Of a stretch of 64,000 nucleotides of DNA, positions 48,402 to 58,837 are shown piece after piece. Origin of the DNA: a virus. Position numbers and translations under genes: made by a program. Positions within the stretch are counted from its first letter, which is position 1; every line of letters begins with the position of its first letter. A model generated the notes under the pieces. It made no database searches. It had not been told where the DNA came from and worked only from the letters and a program-made list of their open reading frames with translations. The stretch lies in IMG/VR virus record IMGVR_UViG_3300033146_000658, positions 5,330-69,329 of that record. The stretch is one strand, 5' to 3'.

Positions 48402-50945
48402 TTAATATTTTTGAGAAGCCATAAATCTTATGGCCATTATTGATGACGCTTGACTTCTTGCTGACGATTCAACAAAGTCAGGTTGTGTATAATTTTTGTC
48501 AATTGATTTTTCAACATCACTCCATTTAACATCTTCTCCAGACTGAGCTGCGGTAGAATAAGCTTTATATAACAATATTGCATTTGGATCATTACCAAAT
48601 GCTTTTTTAGCTTGCTCATCAGTAGCTTTCCCATTACTAAGTCTATCAAACATAATCATTATACTTTCCGGATCTAGCTTACTATTGGATCCAGCTATCA
48701 TATCAGACATCAATCTAGTAGAATTACTCATGTTAACGTAGCCATTACCTTCTTTTGATTTTACGGCTACCGCAAATGAGGTTCCTGACTGAAGCTCCTT
48801 TAAATCATAACCAATTAAGTTTCCGTTATAATTCATTATATTTCTAGTTTGTTTGAACTCTGAAAATGGCTTTTGTCCACTAGCTTTTAATTTAGCATTA
48901 TCTCTTAATGCAATTAATTCAGTAGATGCATATCTCCCTTGAACTTTAATTATATTATCCAGAAGTGACAATTGTTTATTTGGTGGCATTGTGCTTAAGT
49001 TAATCTTTACATTGCCAGTCTTTTCTTTTGTTCCTGTTTTCATAGAAACGTTTACACTTATAGACCCACCGTTTTTTATTGATGTTGCAATTTTACCATC
49101 TGAAGACTTGAAGTTAGCTGTTGACAATTCTTGACCAACCATAGTTTGTTTTTCCCCATTTTCATCATAATATTCAAAATCAACACCATCAGCATTACCT
49201 CTTAACGCATCAGATACTGATACAGAAGCAACGTTCTTCATCTTCTTATTGTATTCGTCGTAATCTTTAGAGTCCGCTGCTGGAGATGCGTTAGATTCGC
49301 TATAATTAATTAAAGCATTATCATTCATCCACTGATTACCTATATCTGCTTTTCTCTGATTAACCTTTTGTTTGCTTTTATGTATTTTAGAATCTAATCC
49401 ACCGGCCATAATGCTAGGGATTATGGAGTTGCTATTTGATAATAATTTAAGATTGCCATTTTTATCTTTTGAATAATACAATACATTCTGGTCTCCGTTT
49501 ATAACATTCTGACTCCCCGCGTCAAGCTTAAACAAAGTTGAATTTGATTTAATATTTTTTGAAGATACTTTTTTGATATACTCTGGACTTCCTTCATCTA
49601 TAATTTTAATGCCACTAAACCCATAATCCTTCGCTAGTTTAGTAAATTCATCAGTTACTCCATTTTTTGATAATTGATAAGCGCCAAGTTTATCATTTTT
49701 ATAATCAGTCCAAACTTGATCTTTTTTTATCTTATCTTCAGCAACTTCTAATCCTTGAGCTTTATGATTATTAACTCGCTGAGCTCTAAATAATTCAGCT
49801 TCGGCAGCCTTAACCATCTCATCATTACTACTAAACGCTATTGACGCTGTCTTCAGTAATCCTAATGATTGTATAGCTTCTATAGTTATGGGCTTCCCAC
49901 TCTTTATCATATTATTAAGAGCTGTAGCTTTTTCTTGAATATCCTCTTTTGTTCCTGATATAACATTTTCGTCAGCCTCACTTGCTGAGATTTCCTCGTC
50001 AGCCTCATCTGTTGGGATTGATGAATAGTCTACATTTTCATCCAATAAAGAATATTGGCTATCATTACCTTTTGTTGGAGCTGCTGTGTTAGCCCATGAT
50101 CCAATAGTATTACTTGATTGAGTGCGCTTAATATCATAATCACTGCCATATTCGCGAGCTTTCTCTTTAAGAAATTCTTCTCTAGTCATGCCTTTAAGCA
50201 TCCCTAATTTAGCTCTTTGTTCATATTCTGCCTGAATCTCAGAATCATCATTATACATATTATTTAAAGCGTCACTAATGGTTTTGTCTTTCAGCTCCTG
50301 CTTTGAGTAAGAATGACCTTTAATCATATATTTTATTTCTCCACTAGGTAATGTCTCCGTTTGTAGATTGTTATATCTATCCCTGATCCATTGATTAGAC
50401 CCTGATTCAGAATCCATCGATGCTCTTAGTTGATTTATAACTTCAAATGACTTCTCTTCTAAATTTGATACCTTCATTCCAGCATCAGTATGCATTATAC
50501 CATCGCTGCCGTCAGCCCGATATTTAGACATAGAGTTATTTAGTAACTCTCTCTGAACATCTTGTCCAGCTCCAGATGCAGCCAACTCTTTAACATAGTT
50601 TTCATAATCTATTTTAGCCTTAGTCATGTTATCAATCTGATTGCCTTTTTTATATATGTCAGTATGAATAGACTTAAGCTTCATTAAATCATTAATTGTA
50701 TTTACACTATCACCATTCATTAAATTATTGACAATAGCATCTCTACCCTTCTCCAACGGATCTAATGCAGCCTGAGCTTTCTCTCTCTCAAAGTCAAATA
50801 CATCAAATGATGTATCCATTGCTTGCGCCGTAGATACACCTTGTGCATTCTTCCTGCCTTCAGCTAGTCCAGCTAAAGATAACTCCTCAACCGATAAAGG
50901 CTTAAATGATTGAGAATAATTATTCATTGTGTATCTATTCGGCAT
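48402..50945 (-). CDS. putative virion cargo protein
   Basis: 847 aa, helical, N-terminal FKPLSVEEL; located between the muzzle and RNAP genes. Confidence 0.55.
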   Translation of the reverse strand: MPNRYTMNNYSQSFKPLSVEELSLAGLAEGRKNAQGVSTAQAMDTSFDVFDFEREKAQAALDPLEKGRDAIVNNLMNGDSVNTINDLMKLKSIHTDIYKKGNQIDNMTKAKIDYENYVKELAASGAGQDVQRELLNNSMSKYRADGSDGIMHTDAGMKVSNLEEKSFEVINQLRASMDSESGSNQWIRDRYNNLQTETLPSGEIKYMIKGHSYSKQELKDKTISDALNNMYNDDSEIQAEYEQRAKLGMLKGMTREEFLKEKAREYGSDYDIKRTQSSNTIGSWANTAAPTKGNDSQYSLLDENVDYSSIPTDEADEEISASEADENVISGTKEDIQEKATALNNMIKSGKPITIEAIQSLGLLKTASIAFSSNDEMVKAAEAELFRAQRVNNHKAQGLEVAEDKIKKDQVWTDYKNDKLGAYQLSKNGVTDEFTKLAKDYGFSGIKIIDEGSPEYIKKVSSKNIKSNSTLFKLDAGSQNVINGDQNVLYYSKDKNGNLKLLSNSNSIIPSIMAGGLDSKIHKSKQKVNQRKADIGNQWMNDNALINYSESNASPAADSKDYDEYNKKMKNVASVSVSDALRGNADGVDFEYYDENGEKQTMVGQELSTANFKSSDGKIATSIKNGGSISVNVSMKTGTKEKTGNVKINLSTMPPNKQLSLLDNIIKVQGRYASTELIALRDNAKLKASGQKPFSEFKQTRNIMNYNGNLIGYDLKELQSGTSFAVAVKSKEGNGYVNMSNSTRLMSDMIAGSNSKLDPESIMIMFDRLSNGKATDEQAKKAFGNDPNAILLYKAYSTAAQSGEDVKWSDVEKSIDKNYTQPDFVESSARSQASSIMAIRFMASQKY

Positions 50946-52152
50946 ATCTATTTGCTTTTAAGTCAGCCATTCCTCTTTTAGAATAACCAAATTTTCTTTT
51001 CTCTGCTTCTGTTAAATAACCCTTCTCCATAGCAGCTAGTAATAATGTCTTATTTGTTGAATCAACATACTTGTCAGATGTCATTGCATTGAATGATTCT
51101 GTTCCTAATCCAGCCACACTCTGCGCCATAGTAGCGCCCTCGCTTCGTTTGAAGTCAGTTAAAGCGTTATTAGCATCAGCTATATTACTTCTATACTCAT
51201 TAATTCTTCTGTCCATTACTTGTGCATTATACATATCATATTGAGCAGCCTGTTGAGCTTCCGCACCTCTGTGTTGGACGTTAAATTGATTTGAGGCAGA
51301 TGCGACATCCATCAATGCTGAATTTTCTCTAGAATCTCCAACCTGATATAATCTAGCCAAATCCTCTATACTAGTCGCTCGTTCTGCTAAATTAGCTCGC
51401 TGAGTATTACCCCTAGCCATAACGCCTCTTCTAGCTGATTGCTCAGCATATCTTTCCTTCGGCATAAGATTAGACTTATCTAATAAGTTAATAGAAGGAT
51501 CGGCAACGTCAGGACGTTTAGCGGTGGCTAAATTAATTGCATTATTAATCATTGGTGCCATACGCGGTATTAATGTAGAATACCTAGGGTCTTCAAACTT
51601 TTTATTAAAGTTACTGAATGAAGATGCTGTATCATCTGTTGATTGCTCGATTGTATTCATTTGATTAATCATTCTTCTTGATGAATCTACATCTCTTTGC
51701 TCTGGCATTTCTCGATAATTACGCATTGACTCGAGATTTATAGACTGAACCCCATAAGGCGACAATTCTTTAGAAGGAATCTGATTGGCTATTCTTAAAG
51801 GATCATTTTGTTCGTTAATTATGGAGTTTCTTATTTGAGCATCTCTTTCGTAATCACTTAGCTCGTATTCTCCAGTTGATGCATTATATCCTCCTTGGTT
51901 AAAATTATCAGACCCGGGTGGATCGTATATATTACCACCATTAAACATTTGGTTCTGACCTTGGCTAATAGACCGTCTTTGATTAGCGGCATCTTGCATA
52001 ACTTGTTTAGCCGCCTCTTGCTCATCTTTAAGTTTAGATAACTTATCCATCATCGTTCTTTTTGATATAGCATCATCTAAATCTTTGAATTCTTTTTGTA
52101 TATCTTTAGCCCTTTGCGCAAATGTTTTGGCTGGCTTTTTCTTTTTACTCAT
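50935..52152 (-). CDS. putative cargo protein (C-terminal half of a C1-like protein)
   Basis: KTFAQRAKDI...DAISKRT N-terminus; helical, Q/N-rich. Confidence 0.5.
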   Translation of the reverse strand: MSKKKKPAKTFAQRAKDIQKEFKDLDDAISKRTMMDKLSKLKDEQEAAKQVMQDAANQRRSISQGQNQMFNGGNIYDPPGSDNFNQGGYNASTGEYELSDYERDAQIRNSIINEQNDPLRIANQIPSKELSPYGVQSINLESMRNYREMPEQRDVDSSRRMINQMNTIEQSTDDTASSFSNFNKKFEDPRYSTLIPRMAPMINNAINLATAKRPDVADPSINLLDKSNLMPKERYAEQSARRGVMARGNTQRANLAERATSIEDLARLYQVGDSRENSALMDVASASNQFNVQHRGAEAQQAAQYDMYNAQVMDRRINEYRSNIADANNALTDFKRSEGATMAQSVAGLGTESFNAMTSDKYVDSTNKTLLLAAMEKGYLTEAEKRKFGYSKRGMADLKANRYAE

Positions 52153-52176
52153 AACAACTTTTTAAATTGGTTAGTA

Positions 52177-52188
52177 TTATATGTTACT
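52177..52188 (-). promoter_or_regulatory. putative phage late promoter motif AGTAACATATAA
   Basis: Intergenic exact 12-mer, 24 nt upstream of the ATG at 52152. Confidence 0.55.
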
Positions 52189-52193
52189 GTTGT

Positions 52194-53399
52194 CTATGTT
52201 AACCGATCAGAGAAAATATAATTGCCTCCATTCTTCCCAAAATCAACTTTAACTTCATTCGCTTCTACTGAATTGGGAACTCCATTAGAGCCTGATCCCA
52301 TAGGGACTCCCCCTAATGGATTCTGCTCATGAGATCCCCCTTCGTTAATTTCAGTTATAGCTTGATCATCACCGGTAACACCAGTGTCAATAGTCCCTCC
52401 GTAGGCTGCCATATTCATTATCATATTACCAGAATTGTATGATTTATTAAATCCAGCAGCATGTTTAGCCTGCTCGGACCCATAAGCAGCTGCATTCTGA
52501 CTAGCTGTTAAATCATCAGATAACTTCTTCTTTCGTTCAATATCCGCATTAACTGCTAGCTGATCTGATATTCTAGATTCTTCAGCATTCATTCCTGTAA
52601 TACCTTGATAAAGACCCACTCCGGTTCCAACTATTCCGCCAGCTAGAGCCCCAATCCCCATACCTACAGGACCTGCTAGACTCCCAATACTCATCCCCAT
52701 GCCTGCATATTGACCCATATTAGACAATGTTGTTCCTCCCACGTCACCCCATTTCTCACTTGTTGTATAATTTAAATCTCCATTAGACCCTCCTTGATTT
52801 TTCCAAATTCCACCACCAATATTTGCAGCTAAAGACCCAACTACAGCAACTCCTCCTGCGGTTTTACTACCCATTGCCTCTTTAAATCCAGAAGTCCCAG
52901 ATGCAGCAGTTGATGTTCCGCTAAGTAAGCTATAACTGTCCATTCCTCCGCCATTAGACCCGCTTAACCCGCCACTCGATGCATTGTTCATATTTAATGA
53001 TGGAGTCGATTGTGGTGCTGTAATACTAAGATTCGATGAGGTATTATAATTACTAGCTAATCCGGGTGTCTGAAATGAACCAAAGTTCATTCCATTTGAT
53101 TGAGTATTCATGAACGGCTCGTTATACGATTTCGTCCGAGTATTCAATAAGCTATTAGGGTCATTTGACTGCAATAAGGAATGTCCGTTAGTATTATTAG
53201 AATTGTTTATTCCATTACCCATTTGGCCATCAATACTTATAGGTGGCAACACATCGCCCTGAACAGCTTGATTAGCAACAAACCCATTAGGGCTTGCGCT
53301 ATCATCAATCATGTTGTAGTTACTAAAGCCTCCTAGACTCATTTGATTTTGTGAGTAGAATGGATTAAAGTCCGTTCTACTTTTAATATTATTGCCCAT
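52194..53399 (-). CDS. putative cargo protein (N-terminal half of a C1-like protein, glycine-zipper TM)
   Basis: GMGIGALAGGIVGTGVG glycine zipper; EGGSHEQNPLGGVP...VEANE...IFSDRL. Confidence 0.6.
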   Translation of the reverse strand: MGNNIKSRTDFNPFYSQNQMSLGGFSNYNMIDDSASPNGFVANQAVQGDVLPPISIDGQMGNGINNSNNTNGHSLLQSNDPNSLLNTRTKSYNEPFMNTQSNGMNFGSFQTPGLASNYNTSSNLSITAPQSTPSLNMNNASSGGLSGSNGGGMDSYSLLSGTSTAASGTSGFKEAMGSKTAGGVAVVGSLAANIGGGIWKNQGGSNGDLNYTTSEKWGDVGGTTLSNMGQYAGMGMSIGSLAGPVGMGIGALAGGIVGTGVGLYQGITGMNAEESRISDQLAVNADIERKKKLSDDLTASQNAAAYGSEQAKHAAGFNKSYNSGNMIMNMAAYGGTIDTGVTGDDQAITEINEGGSHEQNPLGGVPMGSGSNGVPNSVEANEVKVDFGKNGGNYIFSDRLT

Positions 53400-56300
53400 T
53401 TCTAAGTGGTGTTACTGTGTTAAAATGTAAATATATATCATGAATCACGACTTTATTAAGTAATCCATTATAATCTAATTTAATAAACATGTGAGAATCT
53501 CTCATCCTATCAAATGTCCCTTCGTTTCTATAAACTATAGACCTATGTTTCCTTATCCTTAATGACGGATCAAAGTCTTGAACTCCAGTATTTTGATAGC
53601 TATTATAACATTCCCATGTTGTAAATGATTTATTAACATCAAAATCATTATATACTATAGGAGAGAATTCTATATTGTCATATCGCTTAATTACATCCTC
53701 TTTACGAGAGTGTAATAGTGTAAGTGATACTGGAGCATCCCCAAAAGATCCTATGTCATCAGGAACCTCGTATAAGCGTTCTATTACATTATTATAATAT
53801 AAGTCATACTTGCTTGAGTTCCTAAGGAAGCCATTAGGTTTGAAATCGTGGAATGATATAAATGTATTTGATAACCCATTAAATGAAACAGTAAATGATT
53901 CCTCAGAACCAACCATTGTAGCATAAATGTTATTAGTAAATGTATTATACCCTAAAACGACATACCCTTCTCCTTTTAACGGATCACTCAATATAGAGTC
54001 ATAATTTAAACTTGTAAAATCATCTATATAATCATGTAATCCTGTAGATTTAGACAATTCGTATTCAATGTCACCCATGCTATTCTTAGTGCCCTGAATC
54101 ATATTAATAGTTCCATTAAGCTTATCGTAGTATAACATCTTCTTACCGTCATCTGCAATACACCATTTTCCAGAACTTCCTGAATTATGAGTTAAATACT
54201 TAGCGTCATGAAGGACTTTACCCTCTCCTAGAAGTATATTATCTTCCGCACCATCCATATTAACAGCCGTTTGCGCTATTGGAGAAATCACTAATTGAGC
54301 TATGCCCGTTTTCTGAAACGCAAATAACTCATCATTGAATTTATATAATTCCGTTATACATCCAAATTTAGATTCTAAATCCTTAACTGTAGATGATTCA
54401 AATCTCATCCACGAATCAATTGATTCAAACGGGAGTTTCTCTTCTGATGCAATTATTCGCGTGCAGAAAGATGTCTCCTCATTAAAATTAAGAGGTATTC
54501 CGTATATTGGAATAGATTCCAGTGTTGCAAATACATCATGAATACTCATTTGGCATTCATCTGACCCGAACATAAATGCGTCATAATCTAATTCCACTAC
54601 AGTATTCCAGTAGAATTGACTACTTGGTCTCCCTGCAACATTAACCATTTTATCAAGTGTTGCATCATGCCTGCCATATGTATTTATTGTAGAGTCTACA
54701 TATATAGAAAAATCACTTCTTGAATAATAATCAGAAGCACCCATGCCATCATACGACACCCTACTTGGATGGTTGGATATTTGAGCAACATCAAACCTCA
54801 CTCTATAATTATCTCCATAAGCTGTTGTTTGGTCAGATAATTCAACAGCGTTTCCACACATTATATACTCTGACAACGCCCTGTTATTTATGGTGTTATT
54901 ATCATATATATTCGGTCCACCTTCGTTTATAATTTCTATTAATGGAAGAAAAAAATAATCATGATTATGTGACCTTGGATATGTTTCGTAAAATTTATCA
55001 TAAACAGCACCTCCGTAAGATGCTATATTAGCATCAAGAGAACATGGTGAGTTACTTGTTTCATAAGATGCTGGTGGATTAAAATCAGTAATCAATACTT
55101 CACTCATGGATTCATGTTCGTTAACACTACCTGTAAATGATGACCATTGAGCATCTTCGTATTCTATTAATACCGTATTTGCTCCAGTAAACCAATTATG
55201 AGTAGATGTGCTTACATCGAGCCCTTCGTCAGTAAGAGAATATCTCCCATAAGGATTGTAAGGATCATCACTACCACCCCCTGAAAAAGATTCGCCTTCG
55301 GAAAAATTATTATATGAATATTGCCCTATTTGTAGTGACGTTTGTGTGTCACTATTCTTTAACGAAAACACTGATTTTATTTGAGTAATATCAATTGGCA
55401 TATATCCATCATCTGATACATTAGGGATCTTTACTGCGCCATTACTCTTACTTTGTGCAAATTTAGTATAACTAACTCCTCCTGTAGCCCCTCCCGTGTA
55501 AGTTGACTCATATGCGAAATTTATATACGTTCTTGTTCTTCCGTTTCCGGGACCTAACGAATCCCAGTCGGCGCCAAATGTAGATGAACAGTAAGCTAAT
55601 CCATACGGCTTAATCTTATTTGATGCATTTAGTATATATCCATTCGATTCTAAAAATTCAGTATACGGAGAATAGAATTGAGATACCTCATTTACAGGAT
55701 AGTTAAATATTGTATTACTATTATCCGTGGTTGATGCCGGCCCGGACACTCCTGTTATATCTAGCGCTTGTGACGTTTCGTAATCACTGTTAGTTCCATC
55801 ATCAACGTAATCATATGGCTTAATAGCTCTACCTATATTGAATGGTCTTAATTTATATTCAAATTCATATTTATCATAACCTCCGTCATAGGGACTCCTT
55901 ACTCTACTTACAGGGGGCTGAATAAATCCCTGAGAAACAACTCTTCTGTTATTTTGCTCAGCATTTACCATTAATATCTCATAAGAGAAATACCCTTTAT
56001 TTTCCGCTGCAATCAACCCTGCCGCAGTTAATGAGAAATCTATAGTTATGGTTCTCTCTGCATTGTCATTTTGATAATCACCATTATATAAATAAGGTAT
56101 TGTATAGTCTGATATCCATGATGGATTAGTTGCATTACCTGCGTTAGTAAAGAATCTTATAGCAAATCTATAAGTATTACCTTCTTTAAACGTTCTTTTA
56201 TCAACTAGAGCATTTGCGTAATGATTATATTTTAATTCAAAATTAACAAGCTCGCCACTACCTCCAAATTTAATAGAATTTCTCATATAAGAATATTCTA

Positions 56301-57690
56301 AAGTATCACCTACAGATCCATCAAATTTAACAGGTTTATAAAAATTTCCACTACCAGAACCACTAGATTCTGCCGTAAACAATGATGGATTTACGCTATC
56401 AAAATCTAAATTAGGATACCCATCTATTGACGGATTAAAAAACACTGGATTAGACCCATTAGAATCAACCACTGATGTTGATATTTGACTCTTTTTGTAA
56501 GAGAATGCTCTTGTGTCAAATGACTCAGGTATCTTAAGCGCTAATGTATTAAAGTTTGCTGCAAACAGTCTATTCTTTTTTATTTCTATATGTGATGGCG
56601 AATATGCTGATGATCCTAAATCTATTAATTCTGAAAGTGTTATTATAGTTTCTAAATCAGTTTGCCCGGCATCCGTATATTCAAATGTTCCTCCATTAAT
56701 ATAAACTTCGTTTTGAATTATTCTAACATCAGGATCTCCATTGCTCGAAGACCAATATAGCCTATATAGTGATAATTTACTAAAATTACTATTGATATTA
56801 GGTATTTGTATAGTTACACTCTTGTTGTATTCTATAGGGATTGAATGCAGATCATGACCACAATGATTCTCATTATTATCTAATCCAAACCCCCTGTGTA
56901 TATCTATTGAATGAGATATAGGTGATAGCTTAGTTTGTATTCCGTTATCATTCATATACGTATAAGCATATACGACGGATCCTGAACCGAAGTTACCAGT
57001 CTCATTAACATCTATAATTCTAGGGGGAAGCATGTTAGATGCCGGATTCTGATCTATCCCTTCCGGTGGGGTTAATAATGATTCGTCTCCACTTATATTT
57101 AATTTTCTTAATTGATTAGATCCATCTGCCCAGTATACATTCTTGTTATCAGAACCTTCTACGTTTGTTATAATATCTAATTTTGTATCATTAGACAATC
57201 CTAAATTATTCACAAATTTAATCGTTATATCATCATTAAAATCTATAACAATTATCATTGTGACTGAACCAGATGAGTTTGTTCCGTTTATAAACACAAC
57301 TGTGCTATCATCAAATCCCGGATTCATAATACTTTTTTGTCCGATGATTTTCATTGTAGTATAGTCTCCTCCGAGATAATGGCTACTATCACCACCATTG
57401 TCTCCCCAGACCACAGGTGTTGTTATAACACTTTCGTTGCCATCTATATCATATAATGAGTAATTTAAAGACCATCCTCTAGTCTGGTCAGGCGATGATA
57501 ACCATTCGCTTTTATGAATTGAGTGAAATTCAAATCTCATCTTATGTTTATGGTGTGTTGATAGATTACCATTATCACCTTCGTTTAAAAGCATAAGATT
57601 CTCCGCGTGCCAATATAGGGAATTATCCCTTTTATCTAATGCTAAATCTTTATTTATTCCTTTAAACGTAAGCTTATCTGTTACTCTCAT
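53389..57690 (-). CDS. tail muzzle / stabilisation protein (P22 gp10-like)
   Basis: 1433 aa, beta-rich; FKGINKD, VYWADGSNQLRKLNI, RLFAAN and YRFAIRF blocks typical of crAss-like muzzle proteins. Confidence 0.75.
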   Translation of the reverse strand: MRVTDKLTFKGINKDLALDKRDNSLYWHAENLMLLNEGDNGNLSTHHKHKMRFEFHSIHKSEWLSSPDQTRGWSLNYSLYDIDGNESVITTPVVWGDNGGDSSHYLGGDYTTMKIIGQKSIMNPGFDDSTVVFINGTNSSGSVTMIIVIDFNDDITIKFVNNLGLSNDTKLDIITNVEGSDNKNVYWADGSNQLRKLNISGDESLLTPPEGIDQNPASNMLPPRIIDVNETGNFGSGSVVYAYTYMNDNGIQTKLSPISHSIDIHRGFGLDNNENHCGHDLHSIPIEYNKSVTIQIPNINSNFSKLSLYRLYWSSSNGDPDVRIIQNEVYINGGTFEYTDAGQTDLETIITLSELIDLGSSAYSPSHIEIKKNRLFAANFNTLALKIPESFDTRAFSYKKSQISTSVVDSNGSNPVFFNPSIDGYPNLDFDSVNPSLFTAESSGSGSGNFYKPVKFDGSVGDTLEYSYMRNSIKFGGSGELVNFELKYNHYANALVDKRTFKEGNTYRFAIRFFTNAGNATNPSWISDYTIPYLYNGDYQNDNAERTITIDFSLTAAGLIAAENKGYFSYEILMVNAEQNNRRVVSQGFIQPPVSRVRSPYDGGYDKYEFEYKLRPFNIGRAIKPYDYVDDGTNSDYETSQALDITGVSGPASTTDNSNTIFNYPVNEVSQFYSPYTEFLESNGYILNASNKIKPYGLAYCSSTFGADWDSLGPGNGRTRTYINFAYESTYTGGATGGVSYTKFAQSKSNGAVKIPNVSDDGYMPIDITQIKSVFSLKNSDTQTSLQIGQYSYNNFSEGESFSGGGSDDPYNPYGRYSLTDEGLDVSTSTHNWFTGANTVLIEYEDAQWSSFTGSVNEHESMSEVLITDFNPPASYETSNSPCSLDANIASYGGAVYDKFYETYPRSHNHDYFFLPLIEIINEGGPNIYDNNTINNRALSEYIMCGNAVELSDQTTAYGDNYRVRFDVAQISNHPSRVSYDGMGASDYYSRSDFSIYVDSTINTYGRHDATLDKMVNVAGRPSSQFYWNTVVELDYDAFMFGSDECQMSIHDVFATLESIPIYGIPLNFNEETSFCTRIIASEEKLPFESIDSWMRFESSTVKDLESKFGCITELYKFNDELFAFQKTGIAQLVISPIAQTAVNMDGAEDNILLGEGKVLHDAKYLTHNSGSSGKWCIADDGKKMLYYDKLNGTINMIQGTKNSMGDIEYELSKSTGLHDYIDDFTSLNYDSILSDPLKGEGYVVLGYNTFTNNIYATMVGSEESFTVSFNGLSNTFISFHDFKPNGFLRNSSKYDLYYNNVIERLYEVPDDIGSFGDAPVSLTLLHSRKEDVIKRYDNIEFSPIVYNDFDVNKSFTTWECYNSYQNTGVQDFDPSLRIRKHRSIVYRNEGTFDRMRDSHMFIKLDYNGLLNKVVIHDIYLHFNTVTPLRNGQ

Positions 57691-57693
57691 ATA

Positions 57694-58398
57694 TTACGGA
57701 TTAACCCTATTAAGGTGTTCATAATTAAATCTTTGTGAATTAGCTCTATAATTAGATATAAATCTAACAAGACCATTTCTTATAACTTCCATCTCATCTT
57801 CAGAAGGCATTTTAAATGCTGTTTCTGCAGCCGCAATATGCCACGCATATTCTCGCTCCGCCCTCTGCAATACAGACGGATGCATGTCTCCCATATCGGT
57901 CTTGATAGTGAAGTGTTGAACCTTAACGTATGATTCAATAGCTTTTATCAAATGCACATTATCTGGTATCATAGGCATTCCGTCTTCATCCATAACAACA
58001 GCCTTGTATTCTATATTAAGAATACCACGCTCAATGTCTGTATATATATAATTTTTCTTAACGGTGTATGTTAGTCCCGACCGTATAGCCATGCCTCTCT
58101 CGGAGATACAATTCCATTTTCCGCCTGAATGACTTACTGAGTATTGCATAGGAACCATCTCATCACCATCTTTTATACTTAAATGTTCTAAATATAACAT
58201 ATCTGGTGGTATGTTCGCTCTGTAATCGTCAAATGGTATAGTTTCAATTTTGGACTCATATATTATAGGAGCTCCTATCATTTTCACTAAATCCATTATA
58301 TCCATGGCTATATCTGAATAATTCACATCAGACATAAGAGTATTCCTCTTTATTCTATATATTAGTTCGTTAACCGAAACATATTTTCCATTAAACAT
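57694..58398 (-). CDS. tail ring protein
   Basis: 234 aa; DEDGMPMIPD motif; directly upstream of the muzzle gene. Confidence 0.65.
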   Translation of the reverse strand: MFNGKYVSVNELIYRIKRNTLMSDVNYSDIAMDIMDLVKMIGAPIIYESKIETIPFDDYRANIPPDMLYLEHLSIKDGDEMVPMQYSVSHSGGKWNCISERGMAIRSGLTYTVKKNYIYTDIERGILNIEYKAVVMDEDGMPMIPDNVHLIKAIESYVKVQHFTIKTDMGDMHPSVLQRAEREYAWHIAAAETAFKMPSEDEMEVIRNGLVRFISNYRANSQRFNYEHLNRVNP

Positions 58399-58837
58399 TT
58401 TCTATTGCATTTATGTTAATATTTGGATCTTTTAGCAATGAAGCTAAATATCTTTTAAATTTGTATCTATTAGGTTTAAAGTAAAGTCTCTTACCTTGTG
58501 AAGAGAAGTGCTTATTGAATTTTATCATAAAAACATATCCGTTCGTATGAGCATTTTCGTAACGTATCTTTTTACCATAAGTTTTAGAGGCCGCCCTGTC
58601 TATTGAGAATGACAATCTTAATTTATCATCAACAACTTCGGCAACCTGCTTCTTCTTGGCTAAAAATATCTTGCCTATAGATTTTATCTTGTATTCATAG
58701 CTATCAAATATAATAGCATCGATTATCTTCTTGTGGAGCAATTCGATAACAGAAGAATATTCTCTTGATGATATATTTATGTTATCTTGCGATTTTATAG
58801 TTTTGTAAAAATCAACAGTGCCGTAAGTATCTTTCAT
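58391..58837 (-). CDS. IHF/HU-like DNA-binding protein
   Basis: Basic 148 aa; helix followed by IKSIGKIFLAKKK; position between ring genes matches crAss-like synteny. Confidence 0.55.
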   Translation of the reverse strand: MKDTYGTVDFYKTIKSQDNINISSREYSSVIELLHKKIIDAIIFDSYEYKIKSIGKIFLAKKKQVAEVVDDKLRLSFSIDRAASKTYGKKIRYENAHTNGYVFMIKFNKHFSSQGKRLYFKPNRYKFKRYLASLLKDPNININAIENV

